DNA of 64,000 nucleotides from Acidobacteriota bacterium (GTDB lineage Bacteria; Acidobacteriota; Blastocatellia; UBA7656): NCBI GenBank assembly GCA_016201275.1, contig JACQDB010000114.1, positions 32,111 to 96,110 of the forward strand, read 5' to 3'. Shown piece by piece: positions 48,680 to 64,000 of this stretch (position 1 is its first letter; each line of letters starts with the position of its first letter). The notes under the pieces were generated by a model. It saw only the letters and a program-made list of their open reading frames with translations, ran no database searches and was not told where the DNA came from. The position numbers and the translations under genes were made by a program.

Positions 48680-48847
48680 ATCAGCAATCAAGTAAATGCT
48701 GTCGTGTTGCTTGATCAGTTTGAAGTTCAGACGATGCCCACATATCACCGAGGGGCGTCCTTTCAATACAGCGGTTCGGTTTCTACCACAAGTGGCGAGT
48801 CTCCCTTGCGCGCTCTGATTTAAATTACTTGAGGTTTTGAGGAATGG

Positions 48848-48942
48848 AGTAGGGGCAGGGCTTGTCCCCGCCCGGATTTTGCGAAGCACAATGCTGGTCA
48901 TCGCCTGCGGCGATCCGGGCAGGGACAAGCCCTGCCCCTACT
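48848..48942. repeat. 30-bp-arm near-perfect palindrome (agtaggggcagggcttgtccccgcccggat ... atccgggcagggacaagccctgcccctact), 35-nt loop; candidate bidirectional terminator between convergent genes
   Basis: Arms reverse-complementary with one mismatch. Confidence 0.85.
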
Positions 48943-48971
48943 GATGTCAACAAACTTAGATTCCAATGTAT

Positions 48972-49784
48972 TTAGTTGGACTGCAAAGTAATGATCACTT
49001 TACCGCCGTTTCGTGAAAAAGCGCGTTGCGCGTCGCAAATTCGTGAAGGCTGGCAAGTCGGATTGGTGGGGAAACCTGGGCAGACTGGGCTTCCCACCAG
49101 TTGAATGCAGTCTGTGCAGTCTTTGGGATAGACGCCCGGATTGCCGGTGTTTTTCCCCAGCGGCTTTGGCACGATTTTGGTAATCGCCTTATTGGTGTTT
49201 GACACCTTCCAGCCTCCGCCACCCTGCATCGTCATCGTCACTAGATAATTGAATCCGTTGACCAGACTGACATCAACATCTTCCGCTCCGGCTGATGGGT
49301 TAAGCGTGAATTCAGCCGTCGTGTAGCCGTTCGGAAACGCCGCATCGGGACAAGCGGGATAACCGCCAAAAGTAACATTGCCGCTGATGCAGGTTTGCGG
49401 AATATTCGGGAAGGTTTTGGATTTACCCGCCGCAAGCGTGAATTGACACTTTCCGGCGTAGGGCTTTTGCGACGGATTTTCAATTACTTGATCGCAAAAA
49501 CCTGCCGCCTTCAACTGGTCGGCAGTGAGCGGCGGATTACTGGCATTGCACGCCCCGCCGAGCGCTGCCAGTACGACAAAGACTTGCATGACTTTTTTCG
49601 TGTTGTTGGTAATGACCAGACTCGTGCGTGTGGGCGCAGCCTCCAAGGCCGCCGCCGCTTTGCTCTCCGGTGAACTGACCAGAGCGTGACTTTGCGAATT
49701 GCTGCTTGTGCTGAAGCCAGTAAATATTGCGAAGCCAAAGATGACCAGCGCAATCAACGCATATACAGCTTTTGATGGTTTCAT
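48972..49784 (-). CDS. thaumatin-like family secreted protein
   Basis: N-terminal TM/signal anchor; AEFTLNPSAGAEDVDVSLVNGFNYLVTMTMQGG closely resembles the thaumatin core (LAEFALN...D.SLVDGFN.P); multiple Cys pairs. Confidence 0.6.
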   Translation of the reverse strand: MKPSKAVYALIALVIFGFAIFTGFSTSSNSQSHALVSSPESKAAAALEAAPTRTSLVITNNTKKVMQVFVVLAALGGACNASNPPLTADQLKAAGFCDQVIENPSQKPYAGKCQFTLAAGKSKTFPNIPQTCISGNVTFGGYPACPDAAFPNGYTTAEFTLNPSAGAEDVDVSLVNGFNYLVTMTMQGGGGWKVSNTNKAITKIVPKPLGKNTGNPGVYPKDCTDCIQLVGSPVCPGFPTNPTCQPSRICDAQRAFSRNGGKVIITLQSN

Positions 49785-49944
49785 AATCTTGATCTCCTCG
49801 AAGATGATGGTTAAGAATTTTGGGTTTCAACTTGGCAAACCTCTAAGGTTTGGTTGCAAGTTGACGGAGCAACTTTGAGAAATTTCATTTTTCGTGCAGG
49901 AGCCTCCCTCAAGTGGTGAGTTGTCCTCTTGCCTTCCAGCCTTT

Positions 49945-50135
49945 CGCCGCACTTCTGGTTTGCGCTGCCCGTTCATTTCGAGTCACTGCGAAGCCGACGA
50001 CTCGCGCTGCACCTTCATTGTGAGTGACGGCGAAACTCAATGCTTTCGTCGTCCTCTCATTTCGCGTGATGCCTTGAAACTGGCTATGGTAGCCCGTTTC
50101 GTGTCGCGGCGCGATTTTCCGCCTAAGCTTCGCGT
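49945..50135. repeat. dispersed structured repeat family, copy R3 (two tandem sub-copies)
   Basis: cgttcatttcgagtcactgcgaagc..., ctcatttcgcgtgatgccttgaaactggctatggtagcccgtttcgtgtcgcgg, cctaagcttcgcg. Confidence 0.8.
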
Positions 50136-50425
50136 TCAGCGTAGGGCGCGAACGGCATTGCCAGTATTGCCTGTCTTTTCGACCTTCAAAGATAAAAATA
50201 GGGCTTGGCGATGATAGACAAAACCAAAATGGCGAATCCCAGATAGCTGTTAGGTTTCGCTTGCTACACGACGTGAATTGCGACTTCGCCAAGTCATCAA
50301 TTGAGCGATAAAGACTACCGCCAGTCGCTGGTATTCTATTTTGCCTAACCATCAGGTTCACAGGGCGCGCACGACGGCCTCGAAAGGAACGCCCAAGCTC
50401 AGGTGTGCGCGCTCCTATGCAACGG

Positions 50426-50950
50426 CTAGATCGGCGGCTCGTCTGGCAGGTAGGGGATCATCCCACGGCGATAGGCCTCTTCTTGTACCGCGCGTGGCAT
50501 ATACCGAGCATCAACGATCATTCCGTTGACCGTGAGTAACCACACCAGCGGATTGTCGGCCAAGCGACTCGGTAGGCACCAGTTAGGATCGAACTGACCG
50601 CGCACCTTCAGTATCTGTCGAACCTGTTTGCTTTTCGCTGACCCTGAACTTGAACTCAACCCGAAAGCCGCACATAGATCGTCTGCCCGCATATAGGGCG
50701 TCTGGCTTTTGTCGAAGAGAAAGTTCACCATCCCCACCGTGTAAACGATGCCGCACGCCCACGTCCGAGGTTTGCCGCCCATCAGCGGCGAAGGTCGTTT
50801 ACGCGCCAAGGCGGCTGCCATTGCTCGGCACATCTGTGCATACTCCTCGTCAAGGTGATCTCGGCATACCTCGTTTGTCATCGCAATAATTTCCTGATAC
50901 GTCGCCTCCATGTGTTCCGGTACACTCTCGGATTTGCCCTTCTTCACCAT
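50426..50950 (-). CDS. hypothetical cytoplasmic protein (no recognisable domain)
   Basis: 174-aa ORF flanked by repeat copies R3 and R4. Confidence 0.5.
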   Translation of the reverse strand: MVKKGKSESVPEHMEATYQEIIAMTNEVCRDHLDEEYAQMCRAMAAALARKRPSPLMGGKPRTWACGIVYTVGMVNFLFDKSQTPYMRADDLCAAFGLSSSSGSAKSKQVRQILKVRGQFDPNWCLPSRLADNPLVWLLTVNGMIVDARYMPRAVQEEAYRRGMIPYLPDEPPI

Positions 50951-51130
50951 AGTTGTTCTCCAACCTTTCTACGCGAACGCCGCCGCCTAACGTCTCGCAT
51001 CAGTGGCCGCATGGATGACGACTAACATCGCCAATTCCAGCCATGTGCAACTCGCATACTGCGCTTTGCTGCATTGAGGAGTTAGGCGATTCCCTCAGTT
51101 GGCGAACCTGGCTCTGACGCTCTAGCCTTC

Positions 51131-51368
51131 TGCCGCACCCGCCTCACTTGTTGCTGTCGCCGCACATTCATTTCGAGTAACCGCGAAGCTGATGGCTCTC
51201 GCGGTTAGCTCACCTTAAATCACGGCACAATGCGTTTGCGGCACACTCATTTCGCCTTCCATCACACCGCCTCTCGCCGCCTAGTGCTTTCGAGTTGCGC
51301 CGTGAAACTGGCTCCTGTAGCCGCTTTCAAGGAACAATGCCCTTCCACTTCCGATTGCCTAACGCTTG
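51131..51368. repeat. dispersed structured repeat family, copy R4 (two tandem sub-copies)
   Basis: cattcatttcgagtaaccgcgaagc...ctcgcggtt hairpin; gtgaaactggctcctgtagccgctttcaagg; cctaacgcttgg. Confidence 0.8.
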
Positions 51369-51521
51369 GTATAACCCGTCACCACGAAACATCGAAACAA
51401 AAGGCAAGCTGGAGGGCAGTCGGGTTCATACCATTGTTAGGACGTGCATCCGGTAAAGCCTAGCCCTTCGCGTTTCGCCCAAACATACGGTTCTGCTCAG
51501 GGTCATGATTATAATTGATGT

Positions 51522-52520
51522 CTAACGAATGAATGATCTAATCGCTTCTATAAATTGTGCCGGTTCATCTACAAACGGCAGGTGGTGACTTTGTTTCAGA
51601 TCAATCCATCTTTTCCGGCCACCGTATGCCGCGTACCCAGATCGCAAGGAGAACGGAGGCACGACGGCATCAAGATTTCCCACAATCACTAGCAGCGGTG
51701 TACGCAATCTTGAAAGGTGCGGCTCGACATTCACTTGGCCCAGTTCCGCATACATCGCTTTGCTGATACTGATTTGCACGTCCTGCCAATTGGCTTCTGG
51801 CTTTGTGTAAGGCGCACGCGAGAAGATTCGCGCTTCCGACAGGTGTTGGTCTATTCCGCCGTATGCCGAAGCCGCCCATTTTGACAGCGTGATTTGCTGA
51901 TCTATATTGTGATAGGGTGGAGGTCCAAGCGCTTCGAGTTCTTTTACTGCATCTAATCTATGCTCATCCCGCGCCCACTTCAGGGCCATTTCGTAACTTG
52001 CCGTTAGACTGGTCTGGGTATTAAATGGTCCGGCTGCGTCAATCACACCATCAACAAGATTAGGTTTATCGAGAATCGAGAGCATCGCCAGAGTTCCGCC
52101 CCACGAATGCCCTAGTAGATACAGACGACGGCTGGGGTACTGTGTCCGCAGGTACTTGACGACGTTTTGAACGTCTGCGACGTAGTTGGCAGTAGTCTGG
52201 CTGGCGTCCGGGACGGCTGGCGAATTAAGGACGCCGCGCTGATGTAAGTAGGCCACCAGAAATTTCGTTTCGAGTTGCGGCCCGACGTAAGCGCGAAACG
52301 AGACCAGAGCGAATGCGTTACCTGGGCCTCCGTGGAGGTAAAGCAAAATCGGTGCTTTCCGAGATGTACCTCGTAGCTCCAAGTAAAGCTTTGTACCGTT
52401 ACTCTCGATGAAAGCTGATTTGTTTATTTGTGCTGTTTGACACTGTAGAGCTATTGGTGAAACGAAAAGCAGGAATAAGACGGACAGAAAGGTACGGCAC
52501 GAGTAGGCAGATAATTTCAT
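51522..52520 (-). CDS. secreted alpha/beta hydrolase (prolyl aminopeptidase / S33-like)
   Basis: AGGAGA SD before ATG at 52520; signal peptide; HGGPG oxyanion motif and GHSWGG nucleophile elbow. Confidence 0.8.
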   Translation of the reverse strand: MKLSAYSCRTFLSVLFLLFVSPIALQCQTAQINKSAFIESNGTKLYLELRGTSRKAPILLYLHGGPGNAFALVSFRAYVGPQLETKFLVAYLHQRGVLNSPAVPDASQTTANYVADVQNVVKYLRTQYPSRRLYLLGHSWGGTLAMLSILDKPNLVDGVIDAAGPFNTQTSLTASYEMALKWARDEHRLDAVKELEALGPPPYHNIDQQITLSKWAASAYGGIDQHLSEARIFSRAPYTKPEANWQDVQISISKAMYAELGQVNVEPHLSRLRTPLLVIVGNLDAVVPPFSLRSGYAAYGGRKRWIDLKQSHHLPFVDEPAQFIEAIRSFIR

Positions 52521-53125
52521 TAGTTTCTCCTCTATAAACCACGTAAACAATTTGCGTGGGCAACCGTGACACTGTGTACTTCATAAGCATGAAGCCTTGG
52601 CAATTTATCACAATTCAGTTTCGATTAGCACTTTCGAGCGTTTGATTTGGCAGCAAAAATCTCCCTCGGAAATTCCATCTTTAATCTTCAGAACTCATCA
52701 TGAACCTTGCCATAAGGAAATGGCCTAGCCTAACAAGAATTCGGCCTTGGGTTTTTATTTCCGGTATTGGAATCATTTCCTATCTCTACACATTTGCTCT
52801 TGATCTTGGTAATGCTTCGGTTTCTATCTCTATAAACTTATTCGGCCATTCAATTGATTCGTCATTGTTCGATGCCAATTGTGCTTTGATTGCTGATTCA
52901 TCGTCGTTATTGCAATGAACGTATTCTCTACGGTGTCCCGGCTTCGGTGAATTTATTTGTGCTTCTTGGAAATTGCTTTACATAGAATCGGGTTTGCTAA
53001 CGATTTGGAACGGCCAAATCATAACCTTCTACATCTCTTGTGGCAAGTTGACGATGCACTTTTTCGGTTGGACTCTTTGAATAGATTGGGGTATCGAGTT
53101 CTTGATAATGAAGAGTGAAAGGGAA

Positions 53126-53205
53126 CCACAGATGAACACCGATACACACCGATACCGGAAAAACCATGACTTTTCCTATCGGTGTTTATCGGTGTTCACC
53201 TGTGG
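53126..53205. repeat. ~29-bp-arm near-perfect palindrome built from CACCGATA 8-mer repeats, with nested palindromic loop (ggaaaaaccatgacttttcc)
   Basis: ccacagatgaacaccgatacacaccgatac ... tatcggtgtttatcggtgttcacctgtgg. Confidence 0.85.
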
Positions 53206-53320
53206 TGATTTCTCTTTCTCTGAAAACCTGCACGGATTTTATCAACTGAACTTTTAGAGCGGTTTTCGATTGAGGTCCCTGAAAAATCAAACCCGTTGAG
53301 CGATAGTCGAAGACCTTCGT

Positions 53321-53433
53321 GCGGTCAAAGACCGCTGCTCAACGATAGCGCGGTTAGCGCGGTCAAAGACCGCTGCTCAACGATAGCGCGGTTAGCGCGG
53401 TCAAAGACCACTGCTCAACGATAGCGCGGTACG
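53321..53433. repeat. 38-bp tandem repeat x3 (gcggtcaaagaccgctgctcaacgatagcgcggttagc), downstream of rpoC
   Basis: Three contiguous copies, third with 2 substitutions; unit contains gcggtc/gaccgc palindrome; no spacers so not CRISPR. Confidence 0.9.
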
Positions 53434-53570
53434 TACACACTTATGCAAATCGCTATTTAGGCAAACCGCTCTATATGGGAAAACTTCGGCGGGATGAGGC
53501 GATGAAAAAAGAAAGGGATGACCTGATTTGCATCACGCCATCCCTTGCGAGGTTTCTGTGTGGCCAACTC

Positions 53571-57794
<4,224 letters not shown>

Positions 57795-57805
57795 CTTCCC
57801 TCCGT

Positions 57806-57899
57806 TGGTTATTGGTTACTTGTTACTGGTTACTGGTTTTTGCTTGCGGGCTACTTGCGGGTAGCCCATAACCAATAACCAGTAACCAATAACCAATAA

Positions 57900-57900
<1 letters not shown>
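57806..57900. repeat. long hairpin from GGTTAYT heptamer tandem repeats and their reverse complement (AACCAAT...), with central gggctac/gtagccc palindrome, in rpoB-rpoC intergenic region
   Basis: ggttattggttacttgttactggttactggtt ... gcgggctacttgcgggtagccc ... aaccaataaccagtaaccaataaccaataac. Confidence 0.9.
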
Positions 57901-62408
<4,508 letters not shown>

Positions 62409-62510
62409 ATCTCTCCTAATCGGCGCAGGCGCGTGGTGGCCTGCAATCATTGGTGATCTAAATTAGAGGTGACAAACACTTTGACCTTGTCAATTCAATA
62501 GACAGACAAA

Positions 62511-62555
62511 CGCGAAGCGCGGTTGGATACACTTTCTCCAACCGCGAGCTTCGCG
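62511..62555 (-). terminator. rplL-rpoB intergenic attenuator-type stem-loop
   Basis: cgcgaagcgcggttgga...tccaaccgcgagcttcgcg imperfect 17-bp stem; position matches the known rplL-rpoB attenuator/processing site. Confidence 0.5.
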
Positions 62556-62717
62556 TGATTTGTAAGCGCATGTTTAATTGTACTAATGTCGCCGTCCCAA
62601 AATTTCTATAGACGCTAATGTTACACAGAAGCTAGTGGGCGGTCAAGCAAAGTTGTAAAACCCCGTTGGCAGAGCGCCAAGACCTTTGAACTCTGCCAAC
62701 CCCAACCCAACCTGCCA

Positions 62718-63104
62718 CTACTTGAGTTCGACCGTGGCACCCGCGTCGGTGAGCTTTTTCTTGAGCGCTTCGGCCTCTTCCTTGTTGACCGCTTCTTTGA
62801 CGGCTTTCGGTGCAGCTTCCACCAGGTCTTTGGCTTCCTTCAAGCCCAGCGCAGTGATTTCGCGCACGACTTTGATGATGCCAATCTTCTTGCCGGGGTC
62901 GGCCATACCGGACAAAATGACATCAAACTCATCTTTCTCTTCAACCGGCGCGACAGCGGTTGCAGCGGCGGCTGCCGGAGCAGCGGCGGCGGCGGCTGCC
63001 GAGACGCCAAATTTTTCTTCCATCATTTTCACCAACTGCGAGGCTTCAAGCAGCGAGAGTTGCGAAATCTGATCGACAATACCTTCAAGTTTATCTGCTG
63101 ACAT
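62718..63104 (-). CDS. rplL: 50S ribosomal protein L7/L12
   Basis: 128 aa, Ala-rich flexible hinge ([21 protein letters not shown]), conserved C-terminal domain. Confidence 0.97.
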   Translation of the reverse strand: MSADKLEGIVDQISQLSLLEASQLVKMMEEKFGVSAAAAAAAPAAAAATAVAPVEEKDEFDVILSGMADPGKKIGIIKVVREITALGLKEAKDLVEAAPKAVKEAVNKEEAEALKKKLTDAGATVELK

Positions 63105-63316
63105 TTTCTTATCTCCTTAACGATTATCTGATACTTTTGGAGCAAGAGCAGGGAACGGAGTTCCGCACCGCTTTGCTTCCCGTGCATGACCGCTGCGCTG
63201 TCGCATCAACAACTTCAGCCGTCCCACCTTGCCGCTTTACTGACTAAGCGACTTTTATATGTGCGAAAAATCAAACAGGCGTCTCCACAAACTCCCGTTC
63301 GAGTTCGGACGCCTTA

Positions 63317-63427
63317 ATTGCGGATTGCGGAGTTCAGATTGCGGATTGTCTATTTCAATTATCACTTACAAAGTAAGCCAAAATGATTTTGTTCAATCCG
63401 TAATCCGCATTCTGCAATCTGCAATCG
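63317..63427. repeat. hairpin from GATTGCG heptamer tandem repeats and reverse complement in rplJ-rplL intergenic region
   Basis: attgcggattgcggagttcagattgcggattg ... caatccgtaatccgcattctgcaatctgcaatcg. Confidence 0.85.
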
Positions 63428-63444
63428 AAGCGTCCGCAATTCGG

Positions 63445-63969
63445 TTAGGCGCTCTCTTTTTGAGCGCGAACTTGATCCACCACGATGGTCAGGTTGCGAG
63501 CCACACCCGCCGTTGCCACCGCCAGACGCTGCGCTCCACTGTTGACCAGGAACATGATCTTGGAAATCAACTCTTCCTTGGAAGGCATATTCGACAACTC
63601 TTCAATGTCTTTCACATTGATAGCCTTGCCTTCGACGATGGCAGCCTTAAAGGAAAACAGCGGTTTCTCTTTTGCCCATTTGGTCATCACTTTGGCCAGC
63701 GTGACTGGATCATCGGGCGATAGCGCGACAGCCGTTGCCCCTTTGAAACTCTCTTTGACCTGCTCCATCGGCGTACCTTCGGAAGCGCGTCGCGCTAAAG
63801 TGTTTTTGACCACGCGATACTTGAGATTGGCGGCGCGCAATTCGCGGCGCAGGCGTTCGTCATCGCCTACCGTGATGCCTTGAAAACCCACCAGCAGCGC
63901 GTGCGGCGATTCCTGAAAATCCTGATTCAAACTTGCGATATCCTGTTGTTTTTGTGCTCTTGTTTTCAC
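63445..63969 (-). CDS. rplJ: 50S ribosomal protein L10
   Basis: 174 aa, typical L10 sequence, directly upstream of rplL. Confidence 0.95.
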   Translation of the reverse strand: MKTRAQKQQDIASLNQDFQESPHALLVGFQGITVGDDERLRRELRAANLKYRVVKNTLARRASEGTPMEQVKESFKGATAVALSPDDPVTLAKVMTKWAKEKPLFSFKAAIVEGKAINVKDIEELSNMPSKEELISKIMFLVNSGAQRLAVATAGVARNLTIVVDQVRAQKESA

Positions 63970-64000
63970 GATTCCTACTCCTTTTGGAGTTAGGTGTTAG

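Noticed and set aside
48548-50361. Small ORFs with repeated ITRNER / FVSRxxxLP peptides
   Set aside because: They coincide with copies of the dispersed nucleotide repeat family. The peptide similarity is a by-product of DNA repeats, not genes.
53321-53433. Possible CRISPR array (38-bp repeats)
   Set aside because: Repeat units are directly adjacent with no unique spacers between them, and there is no cas gene nearby. This is a plain tandem repeat.

Overview
This is a ~64 kb bacterial chromosomal segment of moderate-to-high GC. The phylum is uncertain. A Frz/Wsp-like chemosensory operon, giant ORFs and a ~1500-aa RpoB are compatible with an Acidobacteriota-like Gram-negative organism, but that is a guess.

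The left quarter is conserved housekeeping: ECF sigma factor, tRNA-Leu(UAG), tig-clpP-clpX-lon, engB and rho. A long structured intergenic region follows. After it, a small RHH-like/HNH-endonuclease gene pair and a Zn-ribbon gene are each preceded by a copy of a 114-bp direct repeat.

A seven-gene, translationally coupled chemosensory operon lies on the minus strand from 12.7 to 21 kb. Its order is CheY - CheW - CheR-TPR - CheW-like - MCP - CheA-REC - CheB. Next are an unusual wHTH-STAND-HEAT-TM protein, uppS, a secreted coiled-coil protein and a cupin.

The strongest candidate for an undescribed system runs from 28.1 to 48.5 kb. It is a co-directional block with an AT-rich upstream region and contains:
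- two paralogous ~420-aa proteins with no recognisable domains;
- a 1266-aa N/T/S/Q-rich protein;
- an endonuclease/exonuclease/phosphatase (DNase I-like) family protein;
- a 4192-aa protein carrying ~20 LysM-like repeats in two arrays.
None of the five has a classical signal peptide.

To the right of this block is a repeat-rich stretch containing a thaumatin-like secreted protein, a hypothetical protein and an alpha/beta hydrolase, separated by copies of a dispersed structured repeat. The right end is rpoC-rpoB-rplL-rplJ on the minus strand. RpoB carries a Cys-rich double zinc-ribbon insertion.

Two sequence signatures recur throughout the window. Intergenic hairpins are built from locus-specific tandem heptamer repeats. 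Several very long (23-30 bp stem) near-perfect palindromes occur between genes. No CRISPR array, transposase or rRNA gene was seen.
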